Shown: positions 8,535 through 16,974, numbered from the stretch's first letter. The stretch: DNA of 16,986 bases from Promethearchaeia archaeon (GCA_046483985.1 JAWOCD010000114.1:1-16986), one strand, 5' to 3'. Translations and numbers: made by a program. Notes: generated by a model from the letters alone, not told the origin.

Positions 8535-9830
8535 GTGAAAAAAATATTGGTTGAATTAGAATATGTTGATTTAGATTACATACCAGATGAAAATGATTTG
8601 GTGGCAATGTATTATGTTAAAAAAGCCCCCGCTTGTATTGATTTACCGCATGCTAGCATGGAAATTGCGAAAGAGAGTTCTATTGGGACTTGGACGAACA
8701 TTAAAACTATGTCAGAAGATATTGCGGAACGTCTACGTCCCTCAACATTCTATATTGATGAAGAAAATCAAATTATAAAGATTGCTTATACTTCTGAATT
8801 ATTTGAAGCTGGAAATATGCCCCAAATTCTCAGTGCCATTGCTGGAAATATTTTCGGAATGAAAAAACTGAAATATTTACGTTTATTGGACATCTCCTTT
8901 CCTAAAGATATTTTAGAAAAATATAATGGCCCTAAATTTGGAATAGAAGGAGTTAGAGACATTACAAAAGTGCGGAATAGACCGCTTTTAGGGACTATTG
9001 TTAAACCAAAGGTGGGATTAACGGAACTTGAACATGCCGAGGTCTGCGAATCTGCGTGGAAGGGCGGCTTGGATATTGTTAAAGATGATGAGAACCTCAC
9101 GTCCATGAGATTTAATAAATTCGAAAAGAGAATCGAGGAAACGCTTAAGCGGCGAGATAAGGTGGAAGAGGAAACCGGTGAAAAGAAAATATATATGCCT
9201 AATATTACTGCTCCTCTGGATACGATGAAAGAACGCGCGGATGATGTTATTTCACATGGAGGAGAGTATGTTATGGTTGATGTGTTAACTTTAGGATTTT
9301 CTGCACTGCAAGAGATTAGGGATTATCTAGATGATAAAGATGTAGCATTTCATGCCCATCGAGCTATGCACGCGGCATTAACCAGAAATAAAAAGCATGG
9401 AATAACTATGCTGGCACTTGCTAAATTGATGCGGGTAATAGGCATGGACCAGTTACACACCGGGACTGTGGTGGGGAAAATGGAAGGGGGTCGACAAGAA
9501 GTCCTTGATATAAATGCTGTTATAACTAAAAAGCAAATTCATGGAAATAATCGAAGTACCGTAGACCAAAATTGGTTTGACTTTAAACCCATCTTGCCGG
9601 TTGCTTCTGGCGGACTATCCCCTCTTGATGTTCCAAAGTTGATTGAGATCTTAGGAAAAGATATGGTTTATCAATTTGGAGGGGGATGCCATGGACATCC
9701 AGACGGTACAGAAGCAGGAGCTAGAGCTATCCGACAAGCGGTAGAAGCTACTTTAGAGAATATTTCGTTAAAAATGTATGCAAAGTCCCATTCTGAACTT
9801 CAGAATGCAATAGAAAAATGGGGCAAATAA
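8535..9830 (+). CDS. rbcL: Form III ribulose-1,5-bisphosphate carboxylase/oxygenase
   Basis: ESSIGTW, GNIFGMK, GTIVKPKVGL, GGLDIVKDDE (carbamylated Lys motif), HAHRAMH, loop-6 GTVVGKMEG, ASGG, QFGGGCHGHP. No small-subunit gene in the window. The true start may be TTG 8547 after the SD-like GGTGA at 8534-8538. Confidence 0.95.
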   Translation: MKKILVELEYVDLDYIPDENDLVAMYYVKKAPACIDLPHASMEIAKESSIGTWTNIKTMSEDIAERLRPSTFYIDEENQIIKIAYTSELFEAGNMPQILSAIAGNIFGMKKLKYLRLLDISFPKDILEKYNGPKFGIEGVRDITKVRNRPLLGTIVKPKVGLTELEHAEVCESAWKGGLDIVKDDENLTSMRFNKFEKRIEETLKRRDKVEEETGEKKIYMPNITAPLDTMKERADDVISHGGEYVMVDVLTLGFSALQEIRDYLDDKDVAFHAHRAMHAALTRNKKHGITMLALAKLMRVIGMDQLHTGTVVGKMEGGRQEVLDINAVITKKQIHGNNRSTVDQNWFDFKPILPVASGGLSPLDVPKLIEILGKDMVYQFGGGCHGHPDGTEAGARAIRQAVEATLENISLKMYAKSHSELQNAIEKWGK

Positions 9831-9857
9831 GGTTAAATTAAAATTTTTTTTTTATTT
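9831..9857 (+). terminator. Oligo-T tract, candidate archaeal terminator after rbcL
   Basis: T10 run at 9844-9853 in the 27-bp gap between the convergent rbcL and isomerase genes. Confidence 0.45.
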
Positions 9858-10805
9858 TTAACCCACTAAGTCGGGATATAATTTCGAGAAATAGTAATGA
9901 GCATGCGAACTTGCAAAAATTCCCGCTTCTGTAACAAGACCATCTATATATCTCCTGGATACTGTCTCAAATGCAGGGTTTGATATCTCTATCCCGTCGG
10001 GAGGATTCTTCCAAATTTCAGCTTCCTCTCTCATTTCGATTTTTTCTAAGATCCCAAAAGTCGTTTGAGGTTGATACTTTAAGAGCGGTGATGCTACATA
10101 AAAGGGTACATGCTCCTCATGTGCTACCAGAGCTAATAACCGAGATCCAATTTTATTTAACACAGTTCCCTCAGAAGTTATTGAATCTGCTCCGATCAGA
10201 ATTAGATCCACTTGAAATGTATTGACTGCCCAGCGCATAGCACTATCTACTACATGAATGACTGGGATACCGGCATCTAATAATTCATTAGCTGTTTTCC
10301 TTCCTTGGAGCTTCGGTTGCGTTTCTGTATTAATTACTTTAAAATTATCTTTTCCCTGACTTTTGGCTTTTAATAGAATTCCCGTGACTACAGAAGAATG
10401 ACAATGAGTCATTACTATAAATTCTTCTTTATCTTCTCCGATCTGAGGGATTCTATGTGCTCCAATTTCCGCAATCCTTGTTTTTGACTCATTTATTAAT
10501 TTTTCATATTCGTCTTTAATATTCCGGATTCTTCCAGGTACATCTTCCACACATAATTCCCCTTTACATTTTTTTAACTTATTTAAGATATAATTGAGCC
10601 CATTCTGCATTGCGGGCTCTGTTGGACGAGTGCTTTCTAATATCTTTTTTCCCTTCTCTATTTTTCCTATGCAACTTTCCAGATCATCGCATTTCAATCG
10701 GCTCGCATAATCACTTAGAAATTGGATTGCGCTTAAGGCGACATTGGTTGCTCCTTGAATCTCTAAAGAACTGATCTTTTCAGCATTTTGTTTTAATCTC
10801 TCCAT
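9858..10805 (-). CDS. e2b2: Ribose-1,5-bisphosphate isomerase (eIF2B alpha/beta/delta-like family)
   Basis: EIQGATNVA, TRPTEPAM, MTHCHSS (catalytic Cys), ETQPKLQG, GADSIT (catalytic Asp), NKIGS, NPAFE; adjacent to form III RubisCO. Confidence 0.9.
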   Translation of the reverse strand: MERLKQNAEKISSLEIQGATNVALSAIQFLSDYASRLKCDDLESCIGKIEKGKKILESTRPTEPAMQNGLNYILNKLKKCKGELCVEDVPGRIRNIKDEYEKLINESKTRIAEIGAHRIPQIGEDKEEFIVMTHCHSSVVTGILLKAKSQGKDNFKVINTETQPKLQGRKTANELLDAGIPVIHVVDSAMRWAVNTFQVDLILIGADSITSEGTVLNKIGSRLLALVAHEEHVPFYVASPLLKYQPQTTFGILEKIEMREEAEIWKNPPDGIEISNPAFETVSRRYIDGLVTEAGIFASSHAHYYFSKLYPDLVG

Positions 10806-10860
10806 AACTTTTTACCACATTTCTTCTTTCTTTAGTTAATACTAATCTGAATATAAATAT

Positions 10861-11097
10861 TTAATTTTTTTGATTATTTCTCTCGTTTTTCTCAGTCTTT
10901 TTGGTAATTTCCTCTTTCTCACTTTTCTTTTGCTCCTCTTGAAATTGTTTGTAGTCCTCCGATTCAACCTCTACGTAAAAATGACCGACATAATTACAGT
11001 TAGTACATCTATACATCTCTGGAGCAAGCCATCCACTCACATTGGTCGCTGGTCTTAATGTTGGTCTTTTGCACTTTGGACATAATCTTAGAGTCAT
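10861..11097 (-). CDS. Small zinc-ribbon protein, function unknown
   Basis: CPKC...SGWLAPEMYRCTNCNYVG, charged C-terminal tail, SD-like GAGGT upstream, fills the intergenic gap. Confidence 0.8.
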   Translation of the reverse strand: MTLRLCPKCKRPTLRPATNVSGWLAPEMYRCTNCNYVGHFYVEVESEDYKQFQEEQKKSEKEEITKKTEKNERNNQKN

Positions 11098-11346
11098 TTT
11101 ACTTTTGAACCTCTTTTTTTCAATTATAATTAATCACATAAACCAATTTCCTTCCATTTCTTATAAGTTATATGGTATGATAAATTTTAAATTATTGAGG
11201 TTCGGTAAAATCTAAGATCATTATGATAAAAAGCAATAAAATATCATCAAAAGAATTATAATCCCTTTTTATTTTATACATATAGATGAATCAACTTAAG
11301 AATTTATAGATTGACCCTAATATTCTGCTTTTAGCAATCATAAGTA

Positions 11347-13176
11347 GTGAATATGACTAACTTGGAATTACAGAGAAAAAGTATGCCCCATGAGCCGGGA
11401 GTTTATCTTTTTAAGGATAAAGATGATGTAATTATATATGTGGGAAAAGCCATCGATCTACATAAGCGAGTTTCATCTTATTTCCTTAAAACGAGTTATA
11501 ATGATCCATATTATGCAGATAAAATCAAAAGACTGGTAAAACGTATTAGATCAATTGAATACATCGTGACGGAAAATGAAAAAGAGGCATTAATTCTCGA
11601 AAATATCCTTATTAAGAAGCATTATCCTCGCTTTAACGTGTTTATGCGAGATTCGAAAAGCTATCCATGGGTTTGTATATTCTATTCCGAAAAATTCCCT
11701 CGCATTAGGATTCTCCGAAATCCCGAACAGGATTCGGGGGAAAATCTCTTTTTAGGCCCTTATACGGATAAAAAGGATCTCCAGAGGATTCTACGTGATT
11801 TAAGAAAGATCTTTCCCTATTGTTCGTGTAAGAAACCAATCAAGCAACGCGATCGACCGTGCCTTTATTATCAATTAAAATTGTGTCCAGGACCTTGTAT
11901 CGGAGAGGTAAACGAGGCAAGGTATTTGGAAAATATAAAGCAGATTGAACTTTTTTTAAAAGGAGAAACTCAAGAATTGAAAGAGCAGATTTCTCAAAAA
12001 ATGAAAGAGTCAGCCGCCGCCCAAGAGTATGAAAAAGCTGCATATTGGCGTGATAAACTGGAAGCAATTGAAACTACCACCACGCGCCAAAATGTGCTGT
12101 CAGAAGATGAGATAGATAAAGATGTAATCGGGTATTCCATTAGTGAAAATTACGTTACTCTGATAATTATTCATATTCGTGAGGGGAGGATGACCAATAA
12201 GAGTCCATTCACGATCGATTTAAGGGAAAAAGTAATCCAAAAAGAAAACATTCTTCCCTCCTTACTTCAACAATATTATCATGATATTCAATTTAATCTC
12301 CCAGATATTATTGTGGTTCCTCAAAAGTTTCAAAACATAGCTCTTATAACAGAAGTGCTGAAAGATTCCAAGGGGAATATTAGCATTCGAATGCCAAGTA
12401 ATGAGAATGAAAGAGGATTAGTCCGAATTGCGAATAAAAATGCTGCAGTTAATGTGAAGCAAAAAGAACAAATGGATGAGATAAGGGAAAATGAGATGGA
12501 AGAGAAGAGAGTCATCTTGAAAGAGGCACAAGACCTATTGCACCTGCCCTCTATTCCTTATATAATTGAAGGCTTTGATATCTCAAACACCAAAGGCACA
12601 AATCCAACGGGTTCAATGGTGTATTTCCAAAAAGGAGAACCCAGCAAGGAGAATTACAGACATTTCAACATCCGTTCTAAAGCAACTCCCGATGATGTGG
12701 GAATGATGAAAGAAGTAATTTCCAGACGGTATCGGGCCCTTTTGGAACAAGATAAAGAGTTACCCGATCTTGTTCTTGTGGACGGTGGGAAGGGACAAGT
12801 TAACGCTGCGGCATCAATTATGGATGAATTAAACTTAGATATTCCAATTATCGGCATAGCTAAAAAACATGAAGAAATCTTCAAACCAGGTCAGAAAAAA
12901 TCCATTTGCTTGCCCGATGATTCACCTGTTTTAAAAATATTTCAGCATATAAGAGATGAAGCTCACCGATTTGCAATAAACCTTCATAAAAAACAACGTA
13001 AAAAGAGAATTACTGGTTCTGCCTTGGAGGAGATCAAAGGAATTGGTCCAGCAACTCGGAATAAGTTACTAAAAACTTTTGGTAGCCTTAAAAGGCTTAA
13101 AAAAGCCTCGTTAGAGGAAATCCGTGAGATTGTGGGAGAAAATTTAGCCAAAAAAGTCAAGAAAAAATTTCCCTGA
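11347..13176 (+). CDS. uvrC: Excinuclease ABC subunit C
   Basis: GIY-YIG (PGVYLF..IIYVGKA), Cys cluster (CSC...RPCLYYQLKLCPGPC), UVR domain, RNase H-like EGFDISN / VDGGKGQ / RDEAHRFA, HhH GIGP. Start GTG 11347 or ATG 11353. Confidence 0.97.
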   Translation: MNMTNLELQRKSMPHEPGVYLFKDKDDVIIYVGKAIDLHKRVSSYFLKTSYNDPYYADKIKRLVKRIRSIEYIVTENEKEALILENILIKKHYPRFNVFMRDSKSYPWVCIFYSEKFPRIRILRNPEQDSGENLFLGPYTDKKDLQRILRDLRKIFPYCSCKKPIKQRDRPCLYYQLKLCPGPCIGEVNEARYLENIKQIELFLKGETQELKEQISQKMKESAAAQEYEKAAYWRDKLEAIETTTTRQNVLSEDEIDKDVIGYSISENYVTLIIIHIREGRMTNKSPFTIDLREKVIQKENILPSLLQQYYHDIQFNLPDIIVVPQKFQNIALITEVLKDSKGNISIRMPSNENERGLVRIANKNAAVNVKQKEQMDEIRENEMEEKRVILKEAQDLLHLPSIPYIIEGFDISNTKGTNPTGSMVYFQKGEPSKENYRHFNIRSKATPDDVGMMKEVISRRYRALLEQDKELPDLVLVDGGKGQVNAAASIMDELNLDIPIIGIAKKHEEIFKPGQKKSICLPDDSPVLKIFQHIRDEAHRFAINLHKKQRKKRITGSALEEIKGIGPATRNKLLKTFGSLKRLKKASLEEIREIVGENLAKKVKKKFP

Positions 13177-13326
13177 GCGCTCTCTCAGCTTTTATCTGTT
13201 TAATGAACAGATCAGTTTACTAATCAAACAACTTTTGAATTTCTAAAATTTTTTTTATTTACAACTAGATGTTATGTATTTAAAATAATTTTAAAAAATA
13301 GAGAAATTTATAGCTAATTATTCGTT

Positions 13327-13503
13327 TTATTCTCCCCAATCCTCTTCCGCAATTTCTGCTTCTTGGGCTTCGGCCGTTTTTCCGTCCAATTTGGTGATTT
13401 CTAAATCTACACCACAGTCTGGGCACGGTACAACTTCGCCAACGATTGTACCCTCATCTAAGTCGAATTCAAAAAAGCAAGCGGGACATTCAAGTTTAAC
13501 CAT
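13327..13503 (-). CDS. lysW: Amino-group carrier protein LysW
   Basis: Manual translation MVKLECPACFFEFDLDEGTIVGEVVPCPDCGVDLEITKLDGKTAEAQEAEIAEEDWGE* (58 aa): two CxxC pairs and the diagnostic C-terminal EDWGE; SD-like GAGGT upstream. Too short for the ORF track. Confidence 0.95.
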   Translation of the reverse strand: MVKLECPACFFEFDLDEGTIVGEVVPCPDCGVDLEITKLDGKTAEAQEAEIAEEDWGE

Positions 13504-13811
13504 TATTAAAAACCTCTTTCAAGATATAATTCTCATATAAATAAATAGGTGAGTAATTGATATTATTAAACATTGAAAATAAATTTTCCCAATTATCCAA
13601 TTCTCTTTTCCAGTTTGAAGTTTTTTTCATATTTTTTATCCGTAATTGTTTCCTTTCCTTAATTTTTGGATGATTGAGGGAAAATTAAATAGATCTTAGT
13701 GAGAAATGTTTCAATGTTTAACTGATCTTTAAATTATTAACTTAATATTTAAAATTTAGAAAGAAATATCCTATTACTATATATTTATTAAAAAAGGTAT
13801 GATGTGAAAAC

Positions 13812-15869
13812 ATGGGACTTTTTAGCAGAGATAAAGAAAAGGAAAAAGAAGAAGATATAATGTATGAAGAGTTCGAAGAAGAAGGAGAAGCTGGAACCTC
13901 TGGAGAAGAACCTTCCATGGAAGGTTTGTTGGCTCAAATTAACCTCAATGAAAACTTAACTGTTACCCAAGATCATGATATGAATGTGGACTCATCGAAA
14001 TTTAACGGGAAATTTGAGATTAAAAACCCCAGCACTAAAGACAGAATTTGGGACTTAGATATAAATTTAAAAAATATTGAGCAAACGAATCTCGAAGAAA
14101 GCGAAATATATGTAAGAGAGTTAGGCGTAACGGAAGGAGAAAATACAGATAGACGAGAGTATCAGATTTCAGGTGATATAGAGAATAAGTTATTGGCAAA
14201 AGAATTTATATCAACCTTACCCGAAGCCTATGAAAACTGGGATATTAAAGAATTAGAAAAAATAATGTTACAAGAAGCGGAGGAAGAGGAAGAACTCGAA
14301 GCGGAGGAAGAGGAAGAACTCGAAGCGGAGGAAGAGGAAATTGGGGAAGAATATGAGGAAGATATGGATGAAGATTCTTTTGAAGAAGAATCTAAGGAAT
14401 TACCAGTTGAATCTTTTGGGATTGCAATAAATAAAGTTAATAATGTAGTGTTCCTAATTGCACTACGAAATCAATTTGAAGGGACAATTAAAGATATCGA
14501 GCTAGTTAAAGAATTACCTTCAGAGTTTGAAAATTTAGTAATTTTAGAATCAACTCTTGGGTCGTCGGAACGGGAAGATCATAATATTATCTGGAATATT
14601 GATGAATTAGAACCGAATAGAACAGTTTATCTGAAGTTTTCTGCCGATATTCAAGTGGAAACTAAAGAAACTGTAAAGACGGGATCAATTGATATTAATT
14701 ATGAAACAAGGTCTTCCTTAACAGAAGGTTTATCAATTGAAAAGTTCGAAGCTTATACTAGAAATAGATTCACAATTGATCAAATTGAGAGGGATGAAGA
14801 ACCTGGCGTTTGGGATTGTAATTTAGCATTTGAAAACCCATCTGAGTTTTTAGTTGAATTATACGATGTAGATGTGCATGAAACGGATGAGCCTGACAAA
14901 AAACTTGTTGAAATAGAATCTGAATCTCCCATACAAGTGGCAAGAGGAGAGGAGTGGTTATCCCCCGATTTTCAAATAGAAAGCGAAGAATATCCGCATT
15001 TACAAAAAGAAATTAATTTTCGGGTAGGATATGCTTTAAATAAGGAATTAAAGGGAGAAATCGCGGTTGGAGAAGTTGATTTAGTATTAGCCAGTATTTT
15101 TGGAGAATTAATTTACGGTATTCCCGAGGAGGAAGAGGAAGTTAAAGAGGAAGAAATTGAAGAGGAAGAAAAACCCATTCTAGTGGTCCCAACTTATCAA
15201 GACTCTACCATTGATTCCACCCTAAAGGTGGAAAATGATGGTTCCGCTCCTTTAAATGAAATTTCTTGGCAGCAGAGATATTTTACAGATGAATTTCTCC
15301 CACCCTCCGACGATGAAATTGTATGTCTTAAGGATGGTGAGGAGATTTCCATAGACCCCGAACAAGTAACCTACGAAGATAATATCCTTAGAATTAATTT
15401 TGACAATCTGAAGGATTCTGACATGGGAATGTTCGACCCCGATTCTGAACTTGAATTCAACTATCCAATCCATGTAAATAATCCAAGTAAAGATGCAATC
15501 TTTGATTCAGAAGTCATCATCAAGGGGAACACTTATCCTCGAAGTAAAGAATTGGAATATATACCCGAACCCGAGACGACACCAGCCATCAAGGCTGTCC
15601 ATACTAGAAGGAAATACAGAGTCGGGAAAGAAATAATACCTGTGGGGTCATTTGGTGAATATGAGATTATTTTAGAGGTAGTTAATAAAGGAAACATGCC
15701 CCTTGAAGATATATTTGTTAGAGATAAGGTGGCTGATCATTTTGAACGGTTAGAGTTTTCTATGGAACCGGAGATTATTGATTTGGATGGAGTGGATATA
15801 CTTAAATGGCAAATAGATGAGATTGATGTCGATTCAAGCGTTGTGTCGATGACAAGGCCCTGCCGCTGA
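13812..15869 (+). CDS. Large acidic multi-beta-sandwich protein with a putative mu-homology domain; C-terminus cut at the ~15844 junction
   Basis: Long ORF with host-like AT-rich codons, no signal peptide or TM segment, Glu-rich linkers, repeated Ig/DUF11-like strand patterns. The last ~8 residues (VSMTRPCR) are read-through into foreign high-GC DNA. Confidence 0.8.
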   Translation: MGLFSRDKEKEKEEDIMYEEFEEEGEAGTSGEEPSMEGLLAQINLNENLTVTQDHDMNVDSSKFNGKFEIKNPSTKDRIWDLDINLKNIEQTNLEESEIYVRELGVTEGENTDRREYQISGDIENKLLAKEFISTLPEAYENWDIKELEKIMLQEAEEEEELEAEEEEELEAEEEEIGEEYEEDMDEDSFEEESKELPVESFGIAINKVNNVVFLIALRNQFEGTIKDIELVKELPSEFENLVILESTLGSSEREDHNIIWNIDELEPNRTVYLKFSADIQVETKETVKTGSIDINYETRSSLTEGLSIEKFEAYTRNRFTIDQIERDEEPGVWDCNLAFENPSEFLVELYDVDVHETDEPDKKLVEIESESPIQVARGEEWLSPDFQIESEEYPHLQKEINFRVGYALNKELKGEIAVGEVDLVLASIFGELIYGIPEEEEEVKEEEIEEEEKPILVVPTYQDSTIDSTLKVENDGSAPLNEISWQQRYFTDEFLPPSDDEIVCLKDGEEISIDPEQVTYEDNILRINFDNLKDSDMGMFDPDSELEFNYPIHVNNPSKDAIFDSEVIIKGNTYPRSKELEYIPEPETTPAIKAVHTRRKYRVGKEIIPVGSFGEYEIILEVVNKGNMPLEDIFVRDKVADHFERLEFSMEPEIIDLDGVDILKWQIDEIDVDSSVVSMTRPCR
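14274..14339 (+). repeat. Perfect 24-bp tandem repeat, 2.75 copies, encoding (EAEEEEEL)n
   Basis: GAAGCGGAGGAAGAGGAAGAACTC at 14274 and 14298, plus an 18-nt partial copy at 14322. Confidence 0.95.
15840..15850. other. Abrupt compositional junction, probable chimeric join of archaeal and bacterial DNA
   Basis: Hand count: 22/60 G+C at 15781-15840 versus 42/60 at 15901-15960. Genes on both sides are truncated; no transposase, integrase or tRNA nearby. Confidence 0.88.
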
Positions 15870-16918
15870 TGGCGGAATGTTTCGACGAGGGTCGTTTCCC
15901 GGCCGAGCTGGTGCCGGACATTGCCGAGATGGGCCTGCTCGGCTCCAGCCTGGAGGGGTACGGCTGCGCCGGACTGAACGCGGTCAGCTACGGGCTGATC
16001 TGCCAGGAACTCGAGCGCGGCGATTCCGGCCTGCGCAGCTTCGTGTCGGTCCAGTCCTCGCTGTGCATGTACCCGATCCACGCCTTCGGCTCCGAAGAAC
16101 AGAAACAACGCTGGCTGCCCGACATGGCCGCCGGCAAGGTGATCGGCTGTTTCGGCCTGACCGAACCCCACGGCGGCTCCGACCCGTCGAACATGAAGAC
16201 CCACGCCCGCCGCGACGGCGACGACTGGGTGATCAACGGCGCCAAGATGTGGATCACCAACGGTAATCTTGCGCAGATCGCCATCGTCTGGGCGCGCACC
16301 GAAGACGGTATCCAGGGCTTCATCGTCGAGACCGACAGCCCCGGTTTCGAGGCGCGCGAGATCAAGGCCAAGATGTCGCTGCGCGCTTCGGTGACCTCGG
16401 AGCTTTATCTGGACAACGTTCGCGTGCCCGAGGGCAATCGCCTTCCCGGGGCGAAAGGGCTCAAAGGCCCGCTGTCGTGTCTCAGCCAGGCGCGCTACGG
16501 CATTACCTGGGGTCCGATCGGTTCGGCCATCGCCTGCCTGAGCGAAGCACTGACCTACACGGCTGACCGCGAGCTGTTTGGCCGGCCGCTTGCGGCCAAC
16601 CAGGCCGTTCAGATTCGCCTGGCCGACATGGCGCTGCGCATAACCCAGGCCCAGCTGATGGCGCTGCGCCTGGGCCGTCTCAAGGACGCCGGCCGGGTGC
16701 ATCCGACCCAGATCTCGATGGCCAAGTGGAACAACGTGCGCATGGCGCTCGACATCGCCCGGGACTGCCGCGACCTGCTGGGCGGTTCCGGCATCACGCT
16801 GGAGTACGTCGCCATCCGCCACATGCTCAACCTGGAGTCGGTGATCACCTACGAGGGCACCGAGACCGTGCACCAGCTGGTGGTGGGGCGGGAGTTGACG
16901 GGGTTGAATGCGTTTTAG
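15845..16918 (+). CDS. 5'-truncated acyl-CoA dehydrogenase, glutaryl-CoA dehydrogenase-like, bacterial
   Basis: ELERGDSGLRSFVSVQSSL, GCFGLTEPHGGSDP, NGAKMWITNG, SLRASVT, GPLSCL..ARYGI.WG, NLESVITYEGT. The frame extends upstream of ATG 15869 as VDDKALPL, then loses family-like sequence and hits TGA at 15824. Confidence 0.9.
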   Translation, partial: VDDKALPLMAECFDEGRFPAELVPDIAEMGLLGSSLEGYGCAGLNAVSYGLICQELERGDSGLRSFVSVQSSLCMYPIHAFGSEEQKQRWLPDMAAGKVIGCFGLTEPHGGSDPSNMKTHARRDGDDWVINGAKMWITNGNLAQIAIVWARTEDGIQGFIVETDSPGFEAREIKAKMSLRASVTSELYLDNVRVPEGNRLPGAKGLKGPLSCLSQARYGITWGPIGSAIACLSEALTYTADRELFGRPLAANQAVQIRLADMALRITQAQLMALRLGRLKDAGRVHPTQISMAKWNNVRMALDIARDCRDLLGGSGITLEYVAIRHMLNLESVITYEGTETVHQLVVGRELTGLNAF

Positions 16919-16940
16919 GGTTCCTGAAACCCCGTTTTTT
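16918..16940 (+). terminator. Weak candidate intrinsic terminator
   Basis: GGGTT-cctga-AACCC stem-loop followed by T6 directly at the stop codon. Confidence 0.35.
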
Positions 16941-16946
16941 CAAGTA

Positions 16947-16974
16947 ACCTGCCTCCACCTGCGTTCACCTGCGG
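16947..16974. repeat. Short tandem repeat, ACCTGC x3 with 10-bp period
   Basis: ACCTGC at 16947, 16957 and 16967 (ACCTGCCTCC ACCTGCGTTC ACCTGCGG). Confidence 0.7.

Noticed and set aside
8535-9830. Autotrophic Calvin cycle or RubisCO-like protein (form IV)
   Set aside because: No rbcS or PRK in the window, the neighbour is an R15P isomerase, and carboxylase motifs are intact.
9858-10805. True translation factor eIF2B subunit
   Set aside because: Catalytic Cys (THCHS) and Asp (GADS) plus linkage to RubisCO favour the isomerase.
13173-13212. Small hairpins after uvrC (CTGAG/CTCAG and ATCTGTT/AACAGAT)
   Set aside because: Stems of 5-7 bp are too short to distinguish from chance, and archaeal termination does not generally need hairpins.
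14274-14339. CRISPR array
   Set aside because: Repeats are head-to-tail without spacers and lie in frame within a CDS.
471-15473. Short ORFs nested in or antisense to the main genes (e.g. 776-1006, 4846-5139, 7292-7567, 8786-9106, 12654-12884, 15252-15473)
   Set aside because: They overlap well-supported genes and have no independent motifs.
13812-15843. S-layer or secreted adhesin
   Set aside because: No signal peptide or hydrophobic segment in the visible sequence, although the true C-terminus is missing.
15844-15871. Overlapping TGATG stop/start suggesting translational coupling of the 685-aa gene and the dehydrogenase
   Set aside because: The stop lies in foreign DNA and the ATG is an internal Met of the truncated enzyme, so the overlap is coincidental.
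15737-16873. 378-aa minus-strand ORF crossing the junction
   Set aside because: Antisense shadow of the high-GC dehydrogenase; no recognizable motifs. Its read-through across the junction is not evidence of a real fusion.
15877-16947. Alternate-frame ORFs 15877-16266, 15988-16371, 16609-16848, 16726-16947
   Set aside because: Off-frame or antisense products expected in high-GC coding DNA.
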